Position numbers and translations under genes: made by a program. From contig CBDAFS010000012.1 in the NCBI GenBank assembly GCA_965195285.1, forward strand, positions 64,001-128,000: 64,000 nt of DNA, written 5' to 3'. This document shows, one piece after another, positions 28,586 through 38,568 of the stretch. The DNA is from an uncultured Aminicenantes bacterium (GTDB taxonomy: Bacteria; Acidobacteriota; Aminicenantia; UBA2199). The stretch's first letter is position 1, and the number at the start of each line of letters is the position of its first letter. Under the pieces are notes generated by a model. The model was not told the origin of the DNA, ran no database searches, and saw only the letters and a list, made by a program, of their open reading frames with translations.

Positions 28586-30084
28586 TATCCCACCACTCCT
28601 GTTATATTGGAGGCGATTTTTGTGGCCAGCTGATAGAAATGCAGCCAGAGATCCGGATAAAGGCCGAAAAGCAGTGAAAGGATTGCTGTAATCACCAGGG
28701 GGACCACCATGAAGGGACTGGCCTCTTTTTTGCCTTCCAGATTCCGGGGTTCTCTGAAAAAAGACCGGTAAATAATGGGAAAGAAATAGGCGGCATTCAG
28801 CAAACCGCTGATCACCAGGATAAACAATGGGATCAGATTATCCGATTGAATGGAACCCAGTCCCAGATACCATTTACTGACGAATCCGTTAATGGGCGGT
28901 ATTCCGGCCAGCCCGATGGCGCCCATGGTAAAAGCCCCCATGGTCCAGGGCATGATCTTACCGATACCATCCAGTTCACTGATATTCTCACGGTGCAGGT
29001 TCACATATATGGCCCCGGCGCAAAAGAAGAGAGTAATCTTCATGGTAGCATGAAAAGCGATATGCATCATGCCGCCGGTGAATCCGGCCGGGGATAATAG
29101 GGCAGCTCCCAGAACAATGTAGGACAGGTGGCCAATGGTGGAATAGGCCAGCAGTCGTTTCAGGTTATCCTGTTTGAGAGCGATTAAAGAAGCCAGAATA
29201 ATGGTAATTCCGGCCAGAACCAGGAGTATATGGTTTAGACCGAATTGGCGCATCAGGGACGGTCCGAACACAAAACCCACCAGACGAATAACCCCGAAAA
29301 CACCGGATTTCACCACGGCGACCGCATGCAGAAGGGCACTCACCGGGGTTGGGGCAGCCATGGCTGTGGGAAGCCAGCTGTGAATGGGCATGATCGCTGC
29401 CTTTACCCCCACTCCCCCCAGGAATAGCAGGAAGAGAATGGTGGCGATTGACGGTGACAGCAGGTCTTGGGGAAAAAGTCCGCCAGCCTTGAAATCCAGG
29501 GTACCGGCAATCTGATAAGTGATCAGGGTGGCGGCTATCAGTAACAATCCGGCAGAGAGTGTATATAGTAGATATTTGCGGCCGGCGCGGATGGCTACCG
29601 GTGTTTCCTTGTGAATAACAAGGGGATAGGTGGCGATGGTCAGGATTTCATAAAATATGATAAAGGTCAGCAGGTTGGCTGAGAAGGCAATACCGATGGT
29701 GGCGGACAGGCAGACCGCAAAAAAAGCAAAATACCGGGTTTGCTTGTGTTCGTTCAATCCCCTCATATAGCCAATGGAATAAAAAGAAGTGAAGATCCAC
29801 AGCCCGGATGCGATCAGGGCAAAAAACACACCGAAGGGGTCGGCTTTCAGGGCCAGTTTGATTCCCGGGGCCAGTTCGAACAGGCTGATTTCCGCGGTCC
29901 GGTTGGCCACTGCTCCGGGCAGCAGGGTCAATACCAGGCCGAATTTTACCAGACTGGCTGAAATGGTCCAGAATTCACGCAGGTTTCGATTCCGGGTACT
30001 GAAGAGTATCAGGGGAACCGCCACCAGCGAAACCAGAACCGCCAGTATCGGGGTCAATGAGTGGTATATTTCTGCGCTGTTCAT
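28585..30084 (-). CDS. mrpD: Mrp antiporter subunit D-like
   Basis: FYEIL, HSWLPTAM-AAPTPVSALLHA and KRLLAYST motifs. Confidence 0.88.
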   Translation of the reverse strand: MNSAEIYHSLTPILAVLVSLVAVPLILFSTRNRNLREFWTISASLVKFGLVLTLLPGAVANRTAEISLFELAPGIKLALKADPFGVFFALIASGLWIFTSFYSIGYMRGLNEHKQTRYFAFFAVCLSATIGIAFSANLLTFIIFYEILTIATYPLVIHKETPVAIRAGRKYLLYTLSAGLLLIAATLITYQIAGTLDFKAGGLFPQDLLSPSIATILFLLFLGGVGVKAAIMPIHSWLPTAMAAPTPVSALLHAVAVVKSGVFGVIRLVGFVFGPSLMRQFGLNHILLVLAGITIILASLIALKQDNLKRLLAYSTIGHLSYIVLGAALLSPAGFTGGMMHIAFHATMKITLFFCAGAIYVNLHRENISELDGIGKIMPWTMGAFTMGAIGLAGIPPINGFVSKWYLGLGSIQSDNLIPLFILVISGLLNAAYFFPIIYRSFFREPRNLEGKKEASPFMVVPLVITAILSLLFGLYPDLWLHFYQLATKIASNITGVVG

Positions 30085-30090
30085 TGTTTT

Positions 30091-31584
30091 TTACCCCATT
30101 CCCCCCGGAATAATCTTTTGGATGATACCCTTTACGATAAAGGCATTGAGCAATCCGATAACCAGGATGGCGATGGCCAGAATGATTGTGGGGACCAGCA
30201 TGCTTGGATAGGCCTCTGATCTTTTTATTTTTTCGGTTTGGTTCTTTTCGGCATCAAGTGGCCTCAGGTAAATTTTTTCCAGGATTCGGAAGAAATAAAC
30301 CGCATTCAACAAACTGCTGATGAGAATAACGGTCAGAAATATCCAGTTCGAGTTTTTTATGGTGCCCAGGGCCAGGTACCATTTGCTGAAAAATCCCACA
30401 GTGGGAGGAAGGCCGACCATGGAAAGTGCGGCTACGGTAAAGGCAGCGGTTGTCCAGGGCATCTGTTTCCGGATAGAATCAGTGAATCGATTGATGTTGG
30501 AGTGTCCCAGTTTGATCCTGAAATTTCCTGCCACCAGAAACAGGCAGGCCTTCATCAGCGCATGGTTCATGACATGAAGTACTGCCCCGATCAGACCCAG
30601 CGGGTTGGCCAAACCGATACCCAGTCCGATATAGCCAACCTGAGCAATGCTGCTGTAGGCCAGCATGCGTTTCATTTCCTTCTGGGCAATGGCCATGATC
30701 GAACCGTAAATGATGCCGATGGCAGACAACCAGCCGAGTACCTGGGTCAGAGGGAGCATTTTATTGACCAATGAAATCCCGAATATGAAAAACAATATCC
30801 GGATGATGACATAAGCGCCGATTTTGGTACCGGTCGGAGCGACCAGTGCGGCTGTTGAAGAGGGGGCATAGGTGTAGGAATCCGGCAGCCAGCCATGAAG
30901 GGGAAACATGGCCATTTTAATGGCCATTCCAATGACCATCAGAATAAGGCCCACGATTACCGTGTGTTCCTGGTAAATATGGGGCAAGATCATCTTGATG
31001 TCTGCCATATTCAGGGAACCGGTAGTCATAAACAGGAATCCGGTACCCAGTAAATAAAATGAGGCACCAATGGTGCCCATGATCAAGTATCTGAAGGCGG
31101 CGATCGGTGATTTTTTCTCACCGATGGCGATCATACCGTACAGGGCCAGGGAGCTGATCTCCAGGAATACGTAAAGATTGAAAAAATCCCCGGTCAGTAC
31201 AATGCCGTTGAATCCGCAGAGCATCAGCATTACCACGGCATAATAGGGTGTTCGCTTATTCGGGTGTTCATTTTCGACTACCCGTTTGCTGTGAATCAAA
31301 ACCAGAAAAGCGATCGAGTTGATAACCAGGACAATAAATGCGGAAAGCGGATCCAGAACATATTCAATTCCTATGGGCGGTGCCCAGCCACCGAAAAAAT
31401 AGCGGACAGATCCTTTTTGCAGGACCAGCAGTATATTGTAAACCGATATAAACACGGAAATCAGCGAGGCCAGCAGGCTGAACGGGAAGGCGATCCAGTT
31501 TTTTCTGGAGGCAATAATGGGGATCAGTGCACCCGTACCCAGAAATATCAGCGGTATCAAAGCGGGTGTGTTACTCAGTGTCAT
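30091..31584 (-). CDS. mrpD: Mrp antiporter subunit D
   Basis: DFFNLYVFLE, KMAMFPLHGWLPD and KRMLAYSS motifs. Confidence 0.9.
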   Translation of the reverse strand: MTLSNTPALIPLIFLGTGALIPIIASRKNWIAFPFSLLASLISVFISVYNILLVLQKGSVRYFFGGWAPPIGIEYVLDPLSAFIVLVINSIAFLVLIHSKRVVENEHPNKRTPYYAVVMLMLCGFNGIVLTGDFFNLYVFLEISSLALYGMIAIGEKKSPIAAFRYLIMGTIGASFYLLGTGFLFMTTGSLNMADIKMILPHIYQEHTVIVGLILMVIGMAIKMAMFPLHGWLPDSYTYAPSSTAALVAPTGTKIGAYVIIRILFFIFGISLVNKMLPLTQVLGWLSAIGIIYGSIMAIAQKEMKRMLAYSSIAQVGYIGLGIGLANPLGLIGAVLHVMNHALMKACLFLVAGNFRIKLGHSNINRFTDSIRKQMPWTTAAFTVAALSMVGLPPTVGFFSKWYLALGTIKNSNWIFLTVILISSLLNAVYFFRILEKIYLRPLDAEKNQTEKIKRSEAYPSMLVPTIILAIAILVIGLLNAFIVKGIIQKIIPGGMG

Positions 31585-31957
31585 CCTCCTTTTTCAGCTT
31601 TTTGGACAGTATGCTTTCATCCAGGGTTTTGTAGCGTTTGTAGATACTGATGACCAGTGCAAAAGCCACGCCAATAGTGGCCACACCCACCACAATGGCG
31701 GTCAGCATGAGGGTATGGGGCAGGGGATTTATGTATTTCGACGTATCGGTGGCACCGATGGCCGGATCCAGAACCGGAACCGTGGCACCCCACTTTGAGG
31801 AGGTTGCAATGTAGAAGATAATGATCGAAACCTGAAAGATGGTCATGCCGATGAGTTTTTTAACCAGATTTTTTTTAAAAATCATCCCCCAGAGTCCCAG
31901 GGTCATCAGGGCAAACATGAACCAGTAGGCGTAATGCCCCAGAAAAAAATCAAGCAT
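31571..31957 (-). CDS. mrpC: Mrp antiporter subunit C
   Basis: NLVKKLIG and NPLPHTLMLTAIVVG motifs. Confidence 0.9.
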   Translation of the reverse strand: MLDFFLGHYAYWFMFALMTLGLWGMIFKKNLVKKLIGMTIFQVSIIIFYIATSSKWGATVPVLDPAIGATDTSKYINPLPHTLMLTAIVVGVATIGVAFALVISIYKRYKTLDESILSKKLKKEDDTE

Positions 31958-32387
31958 CGGGATCTCCTTCCAACAGGTCATCGTATATGGCGACCAGGAT
32001 GCCCATCACCGCCAGTCCGACACCAATCTCAACCAGCAACACCCCGATGAACCGGGTGTGAGAGGCAATTTCGGACAGGGATAAAAATTCATAATTGAGA
32101 AAGGTTCCGCCCATCAGCATGGCAGTAAAACCTGTGGCAAAATAGATCAGCACTCCGATGGAGCCCAGAGGCGTTCCCCAGCTCCTCTTGAATTGAAGCT
32201 GGGCAATTTCGCTCCCCATTGCCAGCCGGATCAATAAAAGACTGGCAGCCAGCATGGTTCCGCCCTGAAAACCACCGCCCGGACTGTAATGTCCATGAAA
32301 TATGATGTACAGGGCAAAGAGCATGATAAAGGGAGATACGATACGGCTTACCAGACCCACTATGGGATTGTCTTCATTTCTGATCAT
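31950..32387 (-). CDS. mrpB: Mrp antiporter subunit B
   Basis: GHYSPGGGFQGG motif. Confidence 0.9.
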   Translation of the reverse strand: MIRNEDNPIVGLVSRIVSPFIMLFALYIIFHGHYSPGGGFQGGTMLAASLLLIRLAMGSEIAQLQFKRSWGTPLGSIGVLIYFATGFTAMLMGGTFLNYEFLSLSEIASHTRFIGVLLVEIGVGLAVMGILVAIYDDLLEGDPDA

Positions 32388-32685
32388 TGGCAGTTCGCTT
32401 TTTCCTCAGAAGTAGAAAGCAGATTAAACCGGCGGTCAGAATGACCGTCTCTTCTCCCAGGGTATCATAACCCCGGTAATCGGCTAATATGACGGTTACC
32501 ATGTTGTGGGTGTGATCATCCCGGTCGGCATAATGGATATAATAGGAAGGGGCATTTATTGATCCGGCAAGGCTTTTTTCCCGGTGCATCCGCGCATTGG
32601 CATCTCCCCGATTGGGGAAGCCCAGCGAGGCATAAATCATCAGGATAAAAAAGGTGATCAAAATAATGTAATTTCCAACCTTCAA
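32374..32685 (-). CDS. MrpA C-terminal fragment / MbhE-like subunit
   Basis: NMVTVILADYRGYDTLGE motif. Confidence 0.88.
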   Translation of the reverse strand: MKVGNYIILITFFILMIYASLGFPNRGDANARMHREKSLAGSINAPSYYIHYADRDDHTHNMVTVILADYRGYDTLGEETVILTAGLICFLLLRKKRTANDQK

Positions 32686-32927
32686 TCCGTACTCCTTCGA
32701 CTGGTTTTAAATATCAAAATGATAAACAATACACCGGTTATCCCGGCACCGATCACGGCTTCGGTAAAACCGACATCCACTGCTCCCATGGCAATATAGA
32801 GCAGGGCGGAAATGAAGCTGAAAACCGTTAAACTCACCACCGCGGTTAACAGGTTTTTGACTGTCAGGGCCACAACTGCCGTGATCAGCAGAAAAACAAA
32901 CAGGGTGATTTCTATTTCCGGGTGCAT
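32682..32927 (-). CDS. DUF4040 / MbhD-like subunit
   Basis: AVDVGFTEAVIGAG motif. Confidence 0.88.
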   Translation of the reverse strand: MHPEIEITLFVFLLITAVVALTVKNLLTAVVSLTVFSFISALLYIAMGAVDVGFTEAVIGAGITGVLFIILIFKTSRRSTD

Positions 32928-33263
32928 TTATTTTTTCCTTTCCCTGACATTTATTTTCTGGTCTTTTTTAAACCAGGGCCTTAATCGAAACCGGAAGGCA
33001 GCCCGGGTGAGTGCATTGGTGGCCGTGGGATTGGTCAGGGTCACAAAAATGATCATAATAACCAATTTGGCGCTGTTTATGGTAAATCCTTCATAAATAA
33101 TCAAACCGGTGATCACCAGCATGATTCCCAGGGTGTCACTTTTGCCGGTGGCATGGGCCCGGGAATAAAAATCAGGCAGCCGAATCAGCCCGATACTGCC
33201 GATGAGCAGAAAGAAAGCCCCGAAACTGATAATAATGACGGATAGTATTGTTTTCAATTCCAT
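32928..33263 (-). CDS. mrpG: Mrp antiporter subunit G
   Basis: RLPDFYSRAHATGKSDTLG motif. Confidence 0.9.
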   Translation of the reverse strand: MELKTILSVIIISFGAFFLLIGSIGLIRLPDFYSRAHATGKSDTLGIMLVITGLIIYEGFTINSAKLVIMIIFVTLTNPTATNALTRAAFRFRLRPWFKKDQKINVRERKK

Positions 33264-33535
33264 CAGTCCTTCCTCGGCAGTCGGGTACCCAGATACTTGG
33301 CAATGGCAATGGTTCCGATGAAATTCAGGGTGGTATAGGCCAGGGTAATATCGATGAACATGTCTATTCTTCCGAAAACAAAACCGATGATTAAAATCAA
33401 AACCATGGTTTTGGTGGCAATGGTCCCGGCTCCCAGCATTCGGTCAAACAGGGTGGGGCCGGCGATTACTCGGTATAGCGGTATAAATATGATCACCGTT
33501 AGTATGACCGAGAGGTAAACAAAGTATTGATGCAT
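33263..33535 (-). CDS. mrpF: Mrp antiporter subunit F
   Basis: GPTLFDR and FIGTIAIAKYL motifs. Confidence 0.9.
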   Translation of the reverse strand: MHQYFVYLSVILTVIIFIPLYRVIAGPTLFDRMLGAGTIATKTMVLILIIGFVFGRIDMFIDITLAYTTLNFIGTIAIAKYLGTRLPRKD

Positions 33536-34107
33536 CAGATTTCCCTCGCTGATTTCATGATTTTGATTCCGGTAATCACTTCTCTGGGTTTGCTTCCGTA
33601 CAGCTTGGCAACCTGTTCGGGCAGGGTGCCGTCGATAATCCCGGAGGATGACACATCCATCAGGGCATGCACCAGAAATTCATCACCGCTGATCCGGATG
33701 GTAATGGTTCCCGGGGTCAGGGTGATGGAGTTTCCCAGGATGACTTTTGATCCCATGGTGGGTAACTTGGTTCTGAAGGTCAACAAAGCCGGATCAATGG
33801 GCATCTTGGGGTGAAGCACCACATAGGCAACCTGCAGGCTGGCCACAACGATCTGCCAGATCAACCAGGGAATATAGAGTATGACAAAACGAAAGTAGTT
33901 TAAGGGGGTGGTAATGGGTGAGGTCTTGAATACCTCATTGGTAAAGAAATAGTATTTTCTCAGACGCAGGTTGAGTATGATGATCACAATTGAAGAGACA
34001 ACCCCCATGGAAATATGAAACAAATCATAATGACCGCTCAGGAGCAGCCAGAATCCCATCAGTAAGAAAAATTGAACAACAGTTTTCAAAAAGAAAATTT
34101 GCTTCAA
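33535..34107 (-). CDS. mrpE: Mrp antiporter subunit E
   Basis: NSITLTPGT and LVHAL motifs. Confidence 0.9.
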   Translation of the reverse strand: MKQIFFLKTVVQFFLLMGFWLLLSGHYDLFHISMGVVSSIVIIILNLRLRKYYFFTNEVFKTSPITTPLNYFRFVILYIPWLIWQIVVASLQVAYVVLHPKMPIDPALLTFRTKLPTMGSKVILGNSITLTPGTITIRISGDEFLVHALMDVSSSGIIDGTLPEQVAKLYGSKPREVITGIKIMKSAREI

Positions 34108-34169
34108 TTAATTCCTCTACTATGATGTTGTTGAACCAAAAATTGGCAGATATAAAAAAAATAGTTAAC

Positions 34170-34198
34170 ATTGTAATTAATTTTATTTTTAATGTCAA
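34170..34198 (-). promoter_or_regulatory. Sigma70-type promoter of the mrp operon
   Basis: Minus strand TTGACA-17 bp-TACAAT. Confidence 0.65.
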
Positions 34199-34217
34199 GT
34201 CAGAAAAACCCTTCATG

Positions 34218-34246
34218 TTGACTTTGGCTCAATGAATTGATACATT
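34218..34246 (+). promoter_or_regulatory. Sigma70-type promoter of fhs
   Basis: TTGACT-17 bp-TACATT with TGn extension. Confidence 0.55.
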
Positions 34247-34268
34247 GGACGTATCTGAGGAGGATCCC

Positions 34269-35921
34269 ATGAAATCGGATATTGAAATTGCCCGTCAGGC
34301 ATCTCTGGTGAAGATCAAGGAGATCAGAGAGAACCTCAATATAAAGGAAGAAGAATTCTGGTCCTTTGGCCGGTATAAAGGTAAAGTGTCATTGCGTCTG
34401 AATGAGCGGCTGAAGCATAGTCCGGAGGGGAAACTCATAGTGGTCACCGCCATTACCCCTACCAAGTTCGGAGAAGGAAAAACCACCACATCCATCGGTC
34501 TGTCCATGGGCATCAATAAGTTAGGGAAATCATCGATTGTTACCATCCGGGAGCCTTCTCTGGGTCCGGTCTTCGGAGTCAAGGGCGGGGCAGCTGGAGG
34601 CGGATTTTCCCAGGTGCTGCCCATGGAAGATATCAACCTGCATTTTACCGGTGATATACATGCCATCACCTCAGCCAATAATCTGCTGGCCGGAGTCATT
34701 GATAACCATATCCATTTTTCCAACACATTGAGGCTTGATACCCGCAAGATTATGTGGAAGCGAGCCATGGATATGAATGACCGGAACCTTCGAAATCTGG
34801 TAGTGGGCCTGGGCGGGAAAAAGCAGGGGTATCCCCGGGAGGACGGGTTTATCATCTCAGCTGCATCTGAAATCATGGCCATATTAACCCTGTCCCAGAA
34901 TGTCGGAGATTTAAAGGAGAGGCTGGGTGAAATTCTGGTCGGCTTTGCCCGGAATGATCAGCCCGTATTTGCCAGGGATTTTCGTATCTGCGGGGCCATG
35001 TCTGTGGTGCTCAGGGAAGCCATCAACCCCAACCTGGTCCAGACCATTGAGAATACGCCGGCTTTTGTTCACAGCGGTCCCTTTGCCAATATATCCTTTG
35101 GCACAAACAGTATTGTGGCTACCAAGATGGCCTTGAAACTCAGTGATTATGTAGTCACCGAGTGCGGGTTCGGATCGGACCTTGGTTTTGAGAAATATAT
35201 TGACCTGGTTTCCCGGTTTGCCGGTTATAAAATTCATGCCGTGGTGGTGGTTGCCACAGTCAGGGCCTTGAAGCATCAGGGTGGTGGTGGTGATCTGCCG
35301 GCCCTGAAACAGGGATTAGCCAATCTGGGTAAACACATCGAGAATGTCAGTTCACTGGGCTTTTCTCCGATTGTGGCGGTAAATGTGTTTCCGGATGATC
35401 TGTCCCGGGAACTGGACTGCATTACCGACTATTGTACCCGCAAGGGTGTGGCTGTGGAGTTGAGTGAAGCCTATGAAAGGGGAGGTGAGGGCTCAATGGC
35501 CCTGGCCAGAAAAGTAACGGCCATTGCCGATCAATCACGGGGTCAATTCGAGCGGATCTACGAGTTGGAAGATTCAATCCAAGAGAAAATAGAAAAAGTG
35601 GCCCTGAAAGTTTATGGAGCGGATGGGGTTATCTATTCCTGGGATGCCAAGAAGAAGCTCAAGTTGATCTCCAAGATGGGGCTCGATCATTTCCCCATCT
35701 GCATTGCCAAAACCCCTCTATCGCTCTCGGACAATAAGAAAAAACTGAATGTCCCCACCGGATGGCGGTTGAATGTCAATGAGATCAACATTGCCCACGG
35801 AGCCGGTTATGTGATTCCGATTTCCGGTGATGTCATGCTGATGCCCGGATTGCCACGGGTTCCATCGGCAGAGCATATTGATATTGATCCTGAAACCTGT
35901 CAGATCTCAGGGCTTTCTTAA
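34269..35921 (+). CDS. fhs: Formate--tetrahydrofolate ligase
   Basis: TPTKFGEGKTT, KGGAAGGG, INLHFTGD, GPFANI and MPGLP motifs; RBS GAGGAGG. Confidence 0.96.
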   Translation: MKSDIEIARQASLVKIKEIRENLNIKEEEFWSFGRYKGKVSLRLNERLKHSPEGKLIVVTAITPTKFGEGKTTTSIGLSMGINKLGKSSIVTIREPSLGPVFGVKGGAAGGGFSQVLPMEDINLHFTGDIHAITSANNLLAGVIDNHIHFSNTLRLDTRKIMWKRAMDMNDRNLRNLVVGLGGKKQGYPREDGFIISAASEIMAILTLSQNVGDLKERLGEILVGFARNDQPVFARDFRICGAMSVVLREAINPNLVQTIENTPAFVHSGPFANISFGTNSIVATKMALKLSDYVVTECGFGSDLGFEKYIDLVSRFAGYKIHAVVVVATVRALKHQGGGGDLPALKQGLANLGKHIENVSSLGFSPIVAVNVFPDDLSRELDCITDYCTRKGVAVELSEAYERGGEGSMALARKVTAIADQSRGQFERIYELEDSIQEKIEKVALKVYGADGVIYSWDAKKKLKLISKMGLDHFPICIAKTPLSLSDNKKKLNVPTGWRLNVNEINIAHGAGYVIPISGDVMLMPGLPRVPSAEHIDIDPETCQISGLS

Positions 35922-35938
35922 CCATAATAAATATAAAA

Positions 35939-35961
35939 GTCAAACGAAGATTCGATCCTTT
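35939..35961 (-). repeat. Junction motif, inverted relative to 40785-40807
   Basis: GTCAAACGAAGAT is a 13-bp exact reverse complement of 40795-40807; 19/23 match overall. Confidence 0.75.
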
Positions 35962-36066
35962 CTTATGGGGAGAATTATTTTATTCTGTCCGACATATAAA
36001 ATTAATGATTATAATTAAAAACATTGACTTTTGGAAATTCAGTATATCTAATAGATAAAGGAGGTT

Positions 36067-38568
36067 GTGATGAGAGTGTTGGGTAATAAAAAAACTATAT
36101 TTCTCCTTCTTCTTTTGTTTTTCTTTATGGCATTTTCAACTCATGGTTATGCCAGGGAAGAAAAGAGCAGTGAGGTTAAAATCTCATGGGAAGAATTTAA
36201 AAAACTATTAAATTTGGATGCTGATGAAGTCAGTCTGACCTGGGAAGAATTCAGGCAGTTAATTGCTCAGACCGGTGAAGAAAATACAATCCCATATACG
36301 GTAAAAAGCGGGAAGATCATCCTGCCTCGGGAGCAGTTCAAACAATTGCTCAACAAGATGAAACTACCCAGAGTATCTATTTTAAAACCTCCGGCAGATT
36401 ATATTATCACTAAAGCCGAATATTCGGGACAATTGGAGAATAAAACGGCTGCCATTACTGTCCGGTTTTTTCTGGAAATCTTTGAAAAAGAAAGCAGAGA
36501 CTATAGAAAAATTCCTTTTTTACCTCAATCGGTTGCTATTGAAGAGGTTTTGCTTGACGGTAAACCCGGGCTGGTTATGGAACAAAGCGGCTGGTATCAT
36601 ATCACTACTGCAGAAAAAGGGAGACATGTGTTAACAGTTAAATATTACACTCCATGCAACCTGGAAAAAGGTTCTCAAATCCTCAATATCACCATACCCA
36701 GAACTGCTATCACCCTGTTTGACCTGATAGTTCCCCTGGAAAATGTGGATATTGAAATTCCAAATGCAAAAGAATTACTAATATCACAAAAGAAAAAAAA
36801 TACCAGAATCACTGCCATACTTCCTGCTACGGATTATATTAAGGTACTTGCTCATCGTAAATATATTTCTACAAAAACGGTATCCGAAGAAACACCGGCA
36901 AAAATTTATGCTGAAACCGTCAACCTGCTTTCTATAGAAGAGGATGCAATAAGGGTTAACTGCCGGGTTAAACTGAATGTTCTTCAAAATACAATAAATC
37001 ACATTAAAACAAAAATACCCGACAAATACACTATTCTATACATTTATAAGCGTAACGGGACACGACTGCGGGACTGGAAAACCATAAAAACCGAAAATAA
37101 TGGCCAGATACTGCATATTCCATTTGATTCTCCGTTAGACGGCAGCATTGTCTTTAATATTATAGCTGAGCGTTTGTTTGAATCAGAAAAAACAGAGATT
37201 GATTTTAACGGTTTTCAGATTATCGGAGCTATCAGGGAGACTGGATATATTGGTGCGGAAAAGAAAAGCACAGCAGAGGCAACACCTACGAAAGTTGAAA
37301 AATTAGACCGTATTGATATTAAAGACCTTCCCAATGAATTGATAAATATGTCTAAACGACCTCTCCTATTCGGATTCCGTTATTTACGCCATCCTCACAA
37401 TATCTTAATGACAGTGACAAAACACAAAGAATTACCCAGTATCAGTACGGTAATTGATATGGCCAGTGTAATAACGGTTATCCTTGATAACGGTAAAATG
37501 CTAACAAAAGCAGTATTTACGATCAGGAACACATATAAGCAGTTTCTTGACTTAGAACTTCCATCCGGTTCAAAGATCTGGACAGTATATGTAGCAGGAA
37601 AAAGGGAGAATGCATCAAAAATAAAAGACAAGATATTAATCCCGCTTTCCCGTTCAAGTATGAAGGATAATATTCTGCAGAGTTTCACAGTGGATCTGAT
37701 CTATTATGGAAAGGAAGATTCTTTGAATTTTGCAGGCAGCCAGAACATTCATTTTCCAAAAACAGATGTGATGATCAGCAAAATGATCTGGTCAGTCTAT
37801 TTGCCCAGGAATTATAATTACCTCCATTTTGCAGGGAATGTGGAGAAAGAAGAGATGGCGAGTACTTTTAATCTTATTTTAGGGAAGACCCGCGGTTTCA
37901 GCCTTGATAAAGCAAGGAATTATTATGATGTAGGGATAAATATAGAAAAAGAACCACAAGATCAGAGACAGATGAGTGATTATGAACAGTCACTTCAGAG
38001 TGTGTTTAAGAACCAGTCCATCAGACAGAAGGATATAGCAGTTCAGATGCAGAATGAGGCCAACCTGGAAACCATAATCAAACAGGAAAAGAGTAAAGGG
38101 CTTGGAATGCCCGGATCAAGTGCTGAGACCTTAAAAATCGAACTCCCAACCAGCGGTCAGATTTACAGATTCAATAAGACTGTTATTGAAGGGGAATCCA
38201 TTACTCTGTATTCATATTATATTTCCAGGTCAGTCATGACACTTATTAAAATTGTAGTCATACTGATTATATTATTGTTTGTTTATCTATTGAGGAAAAA
38301 GATTAAAAATCTTTTTTACAGTATCTATAAATGGGTCGGTAACCAGGAAAAATTCTGGAGTTTTATCAAAACAAGAACCGGTTCGAGGCTTGCTCTGTTT
38401 ATAGCTGCCTTATGTTTTGTTTTTATCTCCCACGTTATTTTTACGGTATTGGTGCTGCTTTTTATTATGGCAGTATTCAAGCCAAAATGGCTGGTACCGA
38501 AAATATCCGGTGAGCAGCAAGGGTTTCCGAAAAACCCAGAAGATAATAGAGGGTCAAGTGAATCATGA
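36067..38568 (+). CDS. Large exported, C-terminally membrane-anchored hypothetical protein (paralog A)
   Basis: RBS AAGGAGG, signal peptide, beta-rich body, C-terminal TM helices; aligns by eye with the next ORF. Confidence 0.85.
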   Translation: MMRVLGNKKTIFLLLLLFFFMAFSTHGYAREEKSSEVKISWEEFKKLLNLDADEVSLTWEEFRQLIAQTGEENTIPYTVKSGKIILPREQFKQLLNKMKLPRVSILKPPADYIITKAEYSGQLENKTAAITVRFFLEIFEKESRDYRKIPFLPQSVAIEEVLLDGKPGLVMEQSGWYHITTAEKGRHVLTVKYYTPCNLEKGSQILNITIPRTAITLFDLIVPLENVDIEIPNAKELLISQKKKNTRITAILPATDYIKVLAHRKYISTKTVSEETPAKIYAETVNLLSIEEDAIRVNCRVKLNVLQNTINHIKTKIPDKYTILYIYKRNGTRLRDWKTIKTENNGQILHIPFDSPLDGSIVFNIIAERLFESEKTEIDFNGFQIIGAIRETGYIGAEKKSTAEATPTKVEKLDRIDIKDLPNELINMSKRPLLFGFRYLRHPHNILMTVTKHKELPSISTVIDMASVITVILDNGKMLTKAVFTIRNTYKQFLDLELPSGSKIWTVYVAGKRENASKIKDKILIPLSRSSMKDNILQSFTVDLIYYGKEDSLNFAGSQNIHFPKTDVMISKMIWSVYLPRNYNYLHFAGNVEKEEMASTFNLILGKTRGFSLDKARNYYDVGINIEKEPQDQRQMSDYEQSLQSVFKNQSIRQKDIAVQMQNEANLETIIKQEKSKGLGMPGSSAETLKIELPTSGQIYRFNKTVIEGESITLYSYYISRSVMTLIKIVVILIILLFVYLLRKKIKNLFYSIYKWVGNQEKFWSFIKTRTGSRLALFIAALCFVFISHVIFTVLVLLFIMAVFKPKWLVPKISGEQQGFPKNPEDNRGSSES

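Noticed and set aside
26644-34107. Membrane-bound hydrogenase or complex I
   Set aside because: No catalytic NiFe or Fe-S subunits are in the operon.
35911-35930. Target duplication between the fhs 3' end and the island's right border (TTAACCATAATA vs TTGACCCATATTA near 49715)
   Set aside because: Too short, gapped and AT-rich to distinguish from chance.
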